From Macrostomum lignano (taxonomy: Eukaryota), in contig NIVC01000013.1 of the NCBI GenBank assembly GCA_002269645.1, positions 186,001 to 250,000 of the forward strand: a DNA stretch of 64,000 nt, written 5' to 3'. Numbering within the stretch: position 1 is the stretch's first letter; each line of letters opens with the position of its first letter. The notes below the pieces were generated by a model. That model did no database searches and was not told the DNA's origin. It saw only the letters and a list, made by a program, of their open reading frames with translations. Made by a program: the position numbers and the translations under genes. Positions 39,057 to 51,242 of this stretch are shown piece by piece.

Positions 39057-39797
39057 ATGCAAATGTTGCTTAATCGTCGTTCATATCCGGTGTTGATAAC
39101 TCTAGTTGCATTCTCTCTATTCACGATACAGTGCAGTGCAGGTAAGTGGCAGTTTAAACTGTTTAAGTGTTTTTTACAATTACTAGTAGAATAATTTGAG
39201 AGTGAATTTTCGCGAATTTTTTTGACGAAAGAGAATACGGCGTTTGAAGGTGCTGGAAGTGTGACAGGGGTGCTGGAAGGGTGACAGGGGTGCTGGAAGG
39301 GTGACAGGGGTGCTGGAAGGGTGACAGGGGTGCTGGAAGGGTGACAGGGGTGCTGGAAGGGTGACAGGGGTGCTGGAAGGGTGACAGGGGTGCTGGAAGG
39401 GTGACAGGGGTGCTGGAAGGGTGACAGGGATGGAAGACATAACAATAAAGGACCTGAACGCAACTCATACACAGCGCCACTGACGAGGAGGTCTCCGGTG
39501 GAGCCGATAAGCGCGGAAGATGCGAACTGGGAATATTTTGGAAGGACTTCAACTGAAGTCTACGGAATACAATCGACCGAAAATCCTAAGCAGTTCATTC
39601 TGTACTTTAATTCAAGCTACCTCCGGCTGGCGGAGAATAATTCGGCCGCAAATACAGGCGGAGTCCTCCTTCTGGGCCCGTTCGACTCGGAGCATGGCAG
39701 AAGCTTTGCTTTGGCCATGGAGTTCTACGGTGAAGAGGTACAGTAGTGATTTGAATGCAAAAACCACAAGCGGTGAAAATTACCATGCTGACACAGG

Positions 39798-39875
<78 letters not shown>

Positions 39876-41588
39876 GTGAGAAACAGCTGATGAAGAGACT
39901 GTACATGTAACCCCATCGCACGCTGTACGCACGCTCAGGTGCAGTGCATTTCCAACGGCTCCTACTGCTTCTTGAACAAGACGCTGCCAGAACAGCAGTT
40001 TAATGAAGGCTGCAGAGAAATTGACGATGTCAAGTTTTTTGCTCTGGTGAGTGATTTTTTCAGCAATGAAAACTTAACCATTAACATGAAGCAGTATCAT
40101 CACTAAAGCTACTGTAAGTAATAAATTGAACTATCCTATATCTTAACAACGATTTCAATTTCAGATATACCGCAAATTCCACCCAGCGTCCGGTCGACGG
40201 TGCCGAAAGAACGAAGAAATCTGTCTGATAGGGGCAACTTCACTTAAATGCCGCGTGATCAGTGAGTCACACTTAATTCGTATCACAATTCACTGATTTA
40301 CAGTAAAAATGGTAACAGTAATTTGTTAACAGTTCTTTGTTAACAGTAAAAATGTCAATTAAACGGTCTGGTCTTTTTCGCTCTAATTAACTGTTGATTG
40401 CCTGCGCTCCTATTTACCCTCTCCCACTCACATTCACCCTCATGCCCCTCACATTTACCCTCTTCCCTTCCCATTAACCTTCTTTTCCCTCCAATTGATT
40501 CTCCTCCCCCTGTTTACCTTCTTTCCCCCCCATATTTACCCTCTTCCCCTCCCATTTACCCTCTTCCCCTTCCATTTACTTTCTTCCCCTCCCATTTGCC
40601 CTCTTTTCACTCCCATTCACCCTCCCCCCCCTATTTGCCCTCTTTTCACTCCCATTCACCCTCTTGCCCCTCACACTTACCCTCTTGCCCCTCACATTTA
40701 CCCTCTTCCCCTCCCATTTACCCTCTCCCCCCTATTTGCCCTCCCATTCACCCTCTTCTCCATTTACCCTCTTGCCCCTCACATTTACCCTCTTCCCTTC
40801 CCATTAACCTTCTTTTCCCTCCAATTTATTCTCCTCCCCCTGTTTACCTTCTTCCCCCCCATATTTACCCTCTTCCCCTCCCATTTACCCTCTTCCTCTT
40901 CCTTTTATCCTTTTCCCTCTTCCCTTAATATTCACACTCCTCCCCTCCCATTTTACTCCAATTTGGATTCTCACTCCCATTTCATCTCATTCTCATCCTC
41001 CCATTTACCCTCTTCCCCGCTCATACACAATCGAACGCCTTGTCCGGAAAAGCCAATCAAAACTCGCCCTCAAACTGGCACAAATGCCGCGCAGTGCAAA
41101 ACCCGAAGTGCCAGTCGCAGCGGAGGACCTGCCAGCTGCCAGACTTGCTCAGCTCGATTCTGCAGCCAAGAAGCGACGACAACGAAGTCGTCACCACGAA
41201 TACAAACTGGCCACCGGAGCCGCTGTCAACCGTTAAAGCTCCGACTCCAGAAATAAAACTGGACAAACAAAACAGCATTGAAGTAGCAGCTGGGGCCATC
41301 ACTCCTCTGGTTCTACTTCTAGTAGCAATCTCTGCAATAATGGGCATTAAAGCTTTGTACTACTACTACCGTAGAAAACCTTTTAATCCCATCACGATTC
41401 TTGTGCCAATCGGGGATCAGGATTTCCGGATTGAAGACGAATTAGCAGATCCGCTGCTGCCAAAGCGCGAAGATCTCGCCCAGCTTATAGCCAGGGTGCA
41501 GCAGTCGCAGCGGTTCAGCTTGAATCAAGTCAGCCGGTCAGTTCATCAGCCGCAGGCCATTCTTTCAAACAATAAAATTGTTTGCTAA
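39057..41588 (+). CDS. Orphan type I single-pass membrane protein; exons 39057-39141, 39475-39737, 39939-40046, 40165-40261, 41053-41588
   Basis: Kozak-like CCGCCATG; signal peptide PVLITLVAFSLFTIQCSA; GT-AG introns in consistent phase; Cys-containing ectodomain with N-x-S/T sites; TM AAGAITPLVLLLVAISAIMGIKALYYYY followed by RRK. The last acceptor is weak and an alternative exists. Confidence 0.75.
39247..39428. repeat. 20-bp minisatellite (GTGACAGGGGTGCTGGAAGG) x9, intronic
   Basis: Near-perfect period of 20. Confidence 0.95.
39797..39875. repeat. (AGAC)n microsatellite, intronic
   Basis: About 19 units. Confidence 0.95.
40400..41020. repeat. Pyrimidine-rich degenerate repeat (cccatttaccctcttcccct), intronic
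   Basis: Almost AG-free C/T tract upstream of the last exon. Confidence 0.85.
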
Positions 41589-41899
41589 CTTTGCACTATT
41601 CTGCTCAATATAATTCAAGCCAATAGTAGCCAGTTTAGCAAATTGTTTTCTTTTTCTGGTTGTACTTATGAGGAGCATTAAAAACGCAAAATATTTACAT
41701 ATTTATATTTGCCATTAATTTTGCTCTCTGATAAACAAATAAAATATTTACCGGATATAAACAAACGGCTATACAATTAACGTAGCAATGCTGAGAAATT
41801 ATTTAAACGGTTGAAAATGCAGTAAAGATTTGGCTTAATAAAATTCTAGCTAATAGTGCAGAGATTTTAGACAGCAGACAGGAGCCACACCTCTGAAGT

Positions 41900-42665
41900 G
41901 TCATGGTTCAGGGAGGGTGTAGAGAACACACACCTGAAGGAGCAATGGCTCAGGGAGGGTGTAGAAGACACACAACTGAATGAGTAATGGCTCAGGGAGG
42001 GTGTAGAAGACACACAACTGAATGAGCAATGGCTCAGGGAGGGTGTAGAAGACACACAACTGAATGAGCAATGGCTCAGGGAGGGTGTAGAAGACACACA
42101 CCTGAATGAGCAATGGCTCAGGGAGGGTGTAGAAGAGACACAACTGAATGAGCAATGGCTCAGGGAGGGTGTAGAAGACACACACCTGAAGGAGCAATGG
42201 CTCAGGGAGGGTGTAGAAGACACAACTGAATAAGCAATGGTTCAGGGAGGGTGTAGAAGACACACAACTGAATGAGCAATGGCTCAGGGAGGGTGTAGAA
42301 GACACAACTGAATGAGCAATGGCTCATGGAGGGTGTAGAAGACACACAACTGAATGAGCAATGGCTCAGGGAGGGTGTAGAAGACACACACCTGAAGGAG
42401 CAATGGCTCATGGAGGGTGTAGAAGACACACAACTGAATGAGCAATGGCTCAGGGAGGGTGTAGAAGACACACACCTGAAGGAGCAATGGCTCAGGGAGG
42501 GTGTAGAAGACACAACTGAATGAGCAATGGCTCAGGGAGGGTGTAGAAGACACACACCTGAAGGAGCAATGGCTCAGGGAGGGTGTAGAAGACACAACTG
42601 AATGAGCAATGGCTCAGGGAGGGTGTAGAAGACACACACCTGAATGAGCAATGGCTCAGGGAGGG
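41900..42665. repeat. 42-bp (some 40-bp) minisatellite, ~18 copies; probable intron 42682-41893 on the minus strand
   Basis: Unit gggagggtgtagaagacacacaactgaatgagcaatggctca; minus-strand CAG|GTCAG donor and CTTCAG| acceptor bound it. Confidence 0.9.
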
Positions 42666-42686
42666 CGGTCAGATGGGCTGACCTGA

Positions 42687-43121
42687 TCACAAAATCGAGC
42701 AACTCTCTTCAACTTCTGAATTCCACATATCTTCCAATAGTTCGCCGCCAAAGTCATTCAACACGGCCAATTTTACAACGTCAACTACAGCACTGTCGGG
42801 ATTGGCTGGGTCGGACAGAGAGTTGAAATCTCTAGGCAAAGAGGCCACAACTTGTACATAGTCGCCAGTCTGCAATGCTCGCTTATAGTGCAGCACATTG
42901 GGCAGCAGGGGCACTCTCAGCCTGCCAGTGCCATCGTCCAGTACGAACAGATCGTCAGCCAGCATAGCTGACACCCGGCCCTGCAGCCAGGCCATGCTGA
43001 ACTGCAACTCTCGGCCTTCGTGTCTGACGCACCAAGTCGATTCAGAGGCTCCATTGGATAGAGTGCAACCAGACAGCAGATGGGAAATCCACAGTTTACG
43101 GACTGGCAGCATTAGCGGCAT
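42687..43121 (-). CDS. RMI2: RecQ-mediated genome instability protein 2 (OB fold)
   Basis: PVRKL, AWLQGRV, LDDGTG, GDYVQVV and VKLAVL...EDMWNSEVEE match the pattern I recall for RMI2 (PLKV, VWMQGRV, LRDPSG, GKYVMV, VKMTDL, ESMWELEVED); ~144 aa from the first ATG at 43121. Confidence 0.85.
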   Translation of the reverse strand: MPLMLPVRKLWISHLLSGCTLSNGASESTWCVRHEGRELQFSMAWLQGRVSAMLADDLFVLDDGTGRLRVPLLPNVLHYKRALQTGDYVQVVASLPRDFNSLSDPANPDSAVVDVVKLAVLNDFGGELLEDMWNSEVEESCSIL

Positions 43122-43234
43122 GATGCGGATTGTTTTGGTTGAAGACGCCAATTATTTAGTATGAGGGAATCTGTAAAGTATAAATTGAAATTATCTTTGA
43201 AAAGGCTGAGTAGCTTAACTAAAACGGCTAGGAT

Positions 43235-44040
43235 TAACTTTTAATAAACCTTAGCGCTTCTAAAAATAAAACGGGTATGTTTTCCTTTTAATAAACCTCG
43301 GCGCTTCTAAAAATAAAACCGATAGGTTTCCCTTTTAATAAACCTCGGCGCTGCTAAAAAATAAAACGGGTGGGATTTCCTTCTAATAAACCTCGGCGCA
43401 GCTAAAAATAGAACGGATGGGATTCCCTTTTAATAAACCACGGCGAAGCTAAAAATAGAACGGATGGGATTCCCTTTGAGTAAACCTTGACGAAGCTAAA
43501 AATAAAACGGATGGGATTTCCTTTGAGTAAACCTCGACGAAGCTAAAAATAGAACGGATGGGATTCCCTTTGAGTAAACCTCGACGAAGCTAAAAATAGA
43601 ACGGATGGGATTTCCATCTTACAAACTTTGGAGCTAAAAATAGAGCGGATAGGGTTTCCATCTAGGAAAACTTGGCGCTGATAAAAATATAACGGATGGG
43701 ATTCCCTTCTATACTAATAAACCTCGAGGGAGCTAAAATTAAAACGGATAGGACTTCCTTCTATTAAACCTCGGCGCAATAAAAATAGAACGGATGAAAT
43801 TTTCTTCTAATAAACCTCAGTGAAGCCTAAAATAGAACGAATGGGATTCCCTTCTAAAACACCTCGATGCAGCTAAAAATAGAATGGATGGGATTTCATT
43901 AAAAAAACCGTGATGGAGCTAAAAGTTGAACGGATAGGATTTCCCTTCTTTTACACACCACAGAGCTAAAATAGAAAAAGTTGAACTGAGCGAAGTTCCC
44001 ACTAAAAACTCACGCCAGGCTAAAATAGAGAGGATGTAAA
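43235..44040. repeat. Degenerate ~42-43 bp tandem array
   Basis: Unit taataaacctcggcgc(a/t)gctaaaaatagaacggatgggattccctt, ~18 copies, increasingly diverged to the right. Confidence 0.85.
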
Positions 44041-44584
44041 TTTTAACTCGATTAACATTCTGCGAAGCCAGATTACTGATTTAAATTCCCCTCCATTACA
44101 CTGCATTCCGTAAAGCAAAAAATAGAATCTAAGGGAAATTCTCCTTTCAAGCATTCAAGACTTTTGAAACAGAAATAAAAATGATTTCTCAAAATATCTT
44201 TACATTAAAAGTCCAAAAAAGTATAAAAGAGTCCAAAAGTCAACTAGACAAAACCAGCCAAATTTTAACTAATTTAAAATATCTTGTTGACCCTAACAGT
44301 ATTAATAAAAAACGTTTTTTTCAACTGAATATAATTTTTGTACATAAGCAAATAGTACAAAGTGAAACTTACATGTACTTTGAAGAAAAGTCACGATTAT
44401 AAATAGAACTTTGCAGTCACTTTTTAAACAGATCTTTGCAGACCTAAAAAATTACAAATATAAAGACAGACACGCACACAAAACTGCTAGCACTTAACTA
44501 TATTGAATGTTTTTTAAACAAAAAATTAAAAAGTAAATAATTGTGAGAATGCCTTAGCAAAAAAAATATTTGGACAGCACTAAA

Positions 44585-45160
44585 TTGGCGCCTCAATATA
44601 ATCTTGGCGCCTCAATAATAATCTTGGCGCCTTATTAATTACCTTGGCACCTCAATAATAATCTTGGCGCCTCAATAATAATCTTGGCGCCCTATTAATT
44701 ACCTTGGCACCTCAATAATAATCTTGGCGCCTCAATAATAATCTTGGCGCCCTATTAATTACCTTGGCACCTCAATAATAATATTGGCGCCTTATTAATT
44801 ACCTTGGCACCTCAATAATAATCTTGGCGCCTCAATAATAATCTTGGCGCCTTATTAATTACCTTGGCACCTCTATAATAATCTTGGCGCCTCAATAATA
44901 ATCATGGCGCCTCATTAATTACCTTGGCGCCTCAAAAATAATCTTGGCACCTCAATAATAATCTTGGCGCCTCAATAATAATCATGGCGCCTCATTAATT
45001 ACCTTGGCGCCTCAAAAATAATCTTGGCGTCTCAATAATAACATCGGCGCTTCAATAACTAATCTTGGCGCCTCAATAACAAATCTGGCGCCTCATTAAC
45101 AATTCTGGCGCCTCATTAACAATATTAGCGCCTCATTAATAATCTATTGGCGCCTCAACT
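44585..45160. repeat. 20-21 bp tandem array (aatcttggcgcctcaataat and variants)
   Basis: Direct inspection. Confidence 0.9.
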
Positions 45161-45195
45161 CCATTTTGACGCTTCATAACAGCCAATTTGACAGC

Positions 45196-48100
45196 TCAGT
45201 CATCGGGCTCGCCATTAACCAGCTGCTCCAGTTTGGGCCGCAGCAGCTCATGTTGATGTTCAACCGACCAACCCTCCGGCAGGTACTTCGGTTTCATGCT
45301 AGTCAAAAAATGGTCTCTCCATCGCCGCTCCAGCTCCAACAGGCGACCGCTGTCCAGGCACTTCTGTACAACAATCCGAGCTAACTGGCTGGACTGTTGG
45401 GCAGGAGTTTTGGCTGCCGATGCCACTATAGCTTGCAGCTTTTTTATAGGGATCGAATTGATGGAATCCTCGTCTTCATCGTCAGAATCTTCTGCATCGG
45501 TGGTTAAGTCCGTAGCAATTATTTGTTTTAGCTCGCTGGAAATCTCTGTTAGTCTGGCCTCGGGAATATTGGCCTTGCCGCTAGCGTGGGCCAGCAATGC
45601 TTTGGCCAGGCTTTTGGCTCTCTGGTCTGCCGCCACCGTGTGCGATGCCTGGCGGTCAAGTGCGAGTTTAATGGGAATATACTGACATGATCCTCACTGT
45701 GACATGATCCTCACTGTGACATGATCCTCACTGTGACATGATCCTCACTGTGACATGATCCTCACTGTGACATGATCCTCACTGTGACATGATCCTCACT
45801 GTGACATGATCCTCACTGTGACATGATCCTCACTGTGACATGATCCTCACTGTGACATGATCCTCACTGTGACATGATCCTCACTGTGACATGATCCTCA
45901 CTGTGACATGATCCTCACTGTGACATGATCCTCACTGTGACATGATCCTCACTGTGACATGATCCTCACTGTGACATGATCCTCACTGTGACATGATCCT
46001 CACTGTGACATGATCCTCACTGTGACATGATCCTCACTGTGACATGATCCTCATGTGACATGATCCTCACTGTGACATGATCCTCACTGTGACATGATCC
46101 TCACTGTGACATAATCCTCAGTGACATGATCCTCACTGTGACATTATCCTCCCTGTGACATGATCCTCACTGTGACATGATCCTCACTGTGACATGATCC
46201 TCACTGTGACATGATCCTCACTGTGACATGATCCTCACTGTGACATGATCCTCACTGTGACATGATCCCCACTGTGACATGATCCTCACTGTGACATGAT
46301 CCCACTGTGACATGATCCTCACTGTGACACTGAGGGCGATTCTCATTTGTGACACTGTGGGCGATTCTCATTTGTGACACTGAGGGCGATTCTCATTTGT
46401 GACACTGAGGGCGATTCTCATTTGTGACACTGAGGGCGATTCTCATTTGTGACACTGAGGGCGATTCTCATTTGTGACACTGAGGGCGATTCTCATTTGT
46501 GACACTGAGGGCGATTCTCATTTGTGACACTGAGGGCGATTCTAACTAGAGTGACTCGAATGCAATTCAGAAACCGCAGAGCCATGCAACCCTACCGTCT
46601 CCAGCCCGAACTCGTGGATCAGCTCCTTCTTAAAGGCCTCAGTATGCCTCTCGCTAATCGCATGGCAGCGGCCGCATAGCAACAAAATATCGTGCGACTT
46701 GTGCGACTTCAACAGCTCAGGAAAGTGCCGCCTAAACTCCTCGGGAACAATTTTCTTTCGCTGAAGTCCCTGGACAGAGCCGCACACAACGCAACGGTTG
46801 TCGCGTTCGGCCAGGTAATAAGCTTGATCGCCTCGAGGCCGTCCGCTCGGTTCGAAATTTAACCGAATAATTAGTATCGGGTCTGTGGACACCACAGTTG
46901 CCAGGCCGCGCTCCGTGTACCAATCCGCTTTGCGTCTGAAGTTCGAAGTTGTGAGGGCGATTTTAGAGGCTGTTTGGGGGCGATTTCTCAAGGTTGTGAG
47001 GGCGATTTTAGAGACTGTTTGGGGGCGATTTCTCAAGGTGGTGAGGGCGATTTTAGAGGCGGTTTGGGGGCGATTTCTCAAGGTTGTGAGGGCGATTTTA
47101 GAAGCGGTTTGGGGGCGATTTCTCAAGGTTGTGAGGGCGATTTTAGAGGCTGTTTGGGGGCGATTTCTTAAGGTTGTGAGGGCGATGTTAGAGGCTGCTT
47201 GGGGGCGATTTCTTAAGGTTGTGAGGGCGATGTTAGAGGCTGCTTGGGGGCGATTTCTTAAGGTTGTGAGGGCGATGTTAGAGGCTGCTTGGGGGCGATT
47301 TCTTAAGGTTGTGAGGGCGATTTCTCAAGGTTGTGAGGGCGATTTCTCAAGGTTGTGAGGGCGATTTCTCAAGGTTGTGAGGGCGATTTCTCAAGGTTGT
47401 GAGGGCGATTCCTAGACCTATTGAGACCGATTTTAACACGAATTCAAGGATAAACTGAGATCAATAACTCACTTATCCAGAGTGCACATCAATTCATCGT
47501 CTGGCGCCAACATTTGGCAATTATGATACAGCGGATTTTGTCTGGCAAATTTTGGCAATTTTTTATTCAACTGTGTCGCAGTTGGGCCGGGAAAGTCTGT
47601 TTGACGTTGCTGTTGACCAGCTGGTCCAGTCGTGTGCTTGACGTCGATAAACTGTGTGCACAGATTCTCAACACTTTCCCCAATCAGTATGGACATTTCA
47701 ACAGCCAGCATAGCGCCAGTGATAGCGTCTAGCGCAGAGTAGAGAACTTGTTGCTTAGTTAGGCAAGGCAACTCCCAGTCTGTTCGAGCGACCCACTGCA
47801 GTTTGAAATAGTCTACGCTTAACATGTGGTTGGCTAGGGGCTTCAGGCCGCGACGGTGGCAGACCAAATCTGGCGGCAGACGGTCGGCCAGGTGACGGAG
47901 GTCCACCCAGCCGGAGAGGTCGCAGCCAAGATCGATGGCCTGCGGGGCGGTAGGGGATCAGAGGGGTGTCTGAGGCCATTGTAAGGGCTGGTGTCTGAGG
48001 CGATTACAAGGACTGGTGTCTGAGGCGATTGTAAGGTGTCTAAGGCGATTTTAAGGTGTCTGAGGGGATTGTAAGGTGTCTGAGGGAATTGTAAGATGTC

Positions 48101-51100
48101 TGAAGGGATTTTAAGGTATTTGAAAAAATAATAAGGTGTCTAAGGAGACTGTAAGGTGCCTGAGGCGATTGTAAGGTGTCTGAGGCAATTGTAAGGTGTC
48201 TGAGACGATTGTAGGGTGTCTGGGGTGTCTGAGGCGATTGTAGGGTGTCTGGGGTGTCTGAGGCGATTGTAGGGTGTCTGGGGTGTCTGAGACGATTGTA
48301 GGGTGTCTGGGGTGTCTGAGACGATTGTAGGGTGTCTGGGGTGTCTGAGGCGATTGTAAGGTGTCTGAGGCAATTGTAAGGTGTCTGAGGCGATTGAAAG
48401 GTGTCTGAGGAAACTGTAAGGTGTCTGAGGGAATTTTAAGATGTCTGAGGGGATTGTAAGGTATTTGAGAAGATAGTAAGGTGTCTGAGGAGACTGTAAG
48501 GTGTCTGAGGCAATTGTAAGGTGTCTGAGGCGATTGTAAGGTGTCTGAGGCGATTGTAAGGTGTCTAAGGCGATTGTAAGGTGTCTAAGGCGATTGTAAG
48601 GTGTCTGAGGGGATTGTAAGGTTTCTGAGGGGATTGTAAGGTGTCTGAGGCGATTTTAAGGTGTCTGAGGCAATTGTAAGGGCTGGTGTCTGAGGCGATT
48701 GTAAGGTGTCTTGAGGTGATTGTAAGGTGTCTGCGGGAATTGTAAGGTGTCTGAGGAGACTGTAAGGTGTCTGAGGCGATCGTAAGGTGTCTGAGGCGAT
48801 TGTATGGTGTCTGAGACGATTGTAGGGTGTCTGAGGCGATTGTAAGGTGTCTGAGACGATTGTAAGGTGTCTGGGACGATTGTAGGGTGTCTGGGGTGTC
48901 TGAGGCGATTGTAGGGTGTCTGGGGTGTCTGAGGCGATTGTAAGGTGTCTGAGGGGATTGTAAGGTGTCTGAGGAGACTGTAAGGCGTCTGAGGGAATTT
49001 TAAGATGTCTGAGGGGATTGTAAGGTATTTGAGAAGATAGTAAGGTGTCTGAGGAGACTCTAAGGTGTCTGAGGAGACTGTAAGGTGTCTGAGGGGATTG
49101 TAAGGTTTCTGAGGGGATTGTAAGGTGTCTGAGGCGATTGTAAGGTGTCTTGAGGTGATTGTAAGGTGTCTGCGGGAATTGTAAGGTGTCTGAGGGGATT
49201 GTAAGGTGTCTGAGGAGACTGTAAGGTGTCTGAGGAGACTGTAAGGTGTCTGAGGCGATCGTAAGGTGTCTGCGGGAATTGTAAGGTGTCTGAGGGGATT
49301 GTAAGGTGTCTGAGGCGATTGTAAGGTGTCTAAGGCGATTGTAAGGTGTCTAAGGCGATTGTAAGGTGTCTGAGGGGATTGTAAGGTTTCTGAGGGGATT
49401 GTAAGGTGTCTGAGGCGATTTTAAGGTGTCTGAGGCAATTGTAAGGGCTGGTGTCTGAGGCGATTGTAAGGTGTCTTGAGGTGATTGTAAGGTGTCTGCG
49501 GGAATTGTAAGGTGTCTGAGGGGATTGTAAGGTGTCTGAGGAGACTGTAAGGTGTCTGAGGAGACTGTAAGGTGTCTGAGGCGATCGTAAGGTGTCTGAG
49601 GCGATTGTAAGGTGTCTGAGACGATTGTAGGGTGTCTGAGGCGATTGTAAGGTGTCTGAGACGATTGTAAGGTGTCTGAGACGATTGTAGGGTGTCTGGG
49701 GTGTCTGAGGCGATTGTAGGGTGTCTGGGGTGTCTGAGGCGATTGTAGGGTGTCTGGGGTGTCTGGGGTGTCTGAGGCGATTGTAAGGTGTCTGAGGCAA
49801 TTGTAAGGTGTCTGAGGCGATTGAAAGGTGTCTGAGGAGACTGTAAGGCGTCTGAGGGAATTTTAAGATGTCTGAGGGGATTGTAAGGTATTTGAGAAGA
49901 TAGTAAGGTGTCTGAGGAGACTCTAAGGTGTCTGAGGAGACTGTAAGGTGTCTGAGGCGATTGTAAGGGCTGGTGTCTGAGGCGATTGTAAGGTGTCTGA
50001 GGCAATTGTAAGGTGTCTGAGGCGATTGTAAGGTGTCTGAGGCGATTGTAAGGTGTCTGAGGCGATTTTAAAGTGTCTGAGACGATTGTAAGGTATTTGA
50101 GAAGATAGTAAGGCGTCTGAGGAGACTGTAAGGTGTCTGAAGAGACTGTAAGGTGTCTGAGGCAATTGTAAGGGCTGGTGTCTGAGGCGATTGTAAGGTG
50201 TCTTGAGGTGATTGTAAGGTGTCTGCGGGAATTGTAAGGTGTCTGAGGGGATTGTAAGATGTCTGAGACGATTGTAAGGTGTCTGAGGAGACTGTAAGGT
50301 GTCTGAGGCGATCGTAAGGTGTCTGAGGCGATTGTATGGTGTCTGAGACGATTGTAGGGTGTCTGAGGCGATTGTAAGGTGTCTGAGACGATTGTAAGGT
50401 GTCTGAGACAATTGTAGGGTGTCTGGGGTGTCTGAGGCGATTGTAGGGTGTCTGGGGTGTCTGGGGTGTCTGAGGCGATTGCAAGGTGTCTGAGGCAATT
50501 GTAAGGTGTCTGAGGCGATTGTAAGGTGTCTGAGGCGATTGTAAGGTGTCTGAGGGGATTGTAAGGTGTCTGAGGCGACTGTAAGGTGTCTGAGGCGATT
50601 GTAAGGTTTCTGAGGCGATTTTAAGGTGTCTGAGACGATTGTAAGGTATTTGAGAAGATAGTAAGGCGTCTGAGGAGACTGTAAGGTGTCTGAAGAGACT
50701 GTAAGGTGTCTGAGGCAATTGTAAGGGCTGGTGTCTGAGGCGATTGTAAGGTGTTTGAGGTGATTGTAAGGTGTCTGCGGGAATTGTAAGGTGTCTGAGG
50801 GGATTGTAAGATGTCTGAGACGATTGTAAGGTGTCTGAGGAGACTGTAAGGTGTCTGAGGGGATTTTAAGGTGTCTGAAGAGATTGGAAGGTGTCTAAGA
50901 CGACTGAAGCGATTGAGTAGAATGCCTCACCAGCTTATTAGCATCCCCATCGATTCCAACGCCAAACTTAAACACAGTGCGATCCGCCAAGAAGGCCTCC
51001 AGCTGAGGCGGCACAACGGTGAGCCGCTGCACCCGAATGAGCAGAGCGCGCCCGTCATCAGTGGCCAGCTGCAGCAGTGCCAGCTGACCAACTTCCCCAA

Positions 51101-51242
51101 ATTCATTTTGCCAGCGCCATTCGCAGTCGAGGCCGCAGTAGCCCAATTGACGAGCGCGCGACTCGAACTCCGGCCAATGCTTCGCAAAGCTGGCATCGGA
51201 ATCGATAATGGTAGCACAGGGAGCCGACTGATCGGCAACTTT
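45196..51242 (-). CDS. EXD2: Exonuclease 3'-5' domain-containing protein 2; exons 51242-50931, 47939-47473, 46935-46596, 45648-45196
   Basis: GLDCEW (ExoI), GVGIDGD (ExoII), YSALDA (ExoIII), PLYHNCQMLAPD, KRKADWY, CVVCG...HDILLLCGRCH, LERRWRDHFLTSMKPKYLPEGWSVEH; all three introns are GT-AG and in phase; no ATG in the first visible exon. Confidence 0.93.
45683..46545. repeat. 17-bp satellite (GACATGATCCTCACTGT, ~38 copies) followed by a 25-bp satellite (GTGACACTGAGGGCGATTCTCATTT, ~9 copies); EXD2 intron
   Basis: Periods measured directly. Confidence 0.95.
46948..47410. repeat. 42-bp/21-bp satellite (GTTGTGAGGGCGATTT... core); EXD2 intron
   Basis: Direct inspection. Confidence 0.95.
47960..50915. 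repeat. ~20-bp satellite (GTGTCTGAGGCGATTGTAAG and variants), ~2.9 kb with higher-order blocks; EXD2 intron
   Basis: Direct inspection; variant runs such as gtatttgagaagatagtaag recur in blocks. Confidence 0.95.

Noticed and set aside
48140-50718. Long ORF-track entries in satellites (also 39038-39552, 40398-41256, 41867-42595, 46885-47358, 55905-56345, 58330-58933, 60791-61220)
   Set aside because: Open frames are by-products of stop-free repeat units; they lie in introns or TIRs
41900-50915. Regular arrays as possible CRISPR
   Set aside because: Head-to-tail tandem units without unique spacers, no cas genes, and a eukaryotic intronic context
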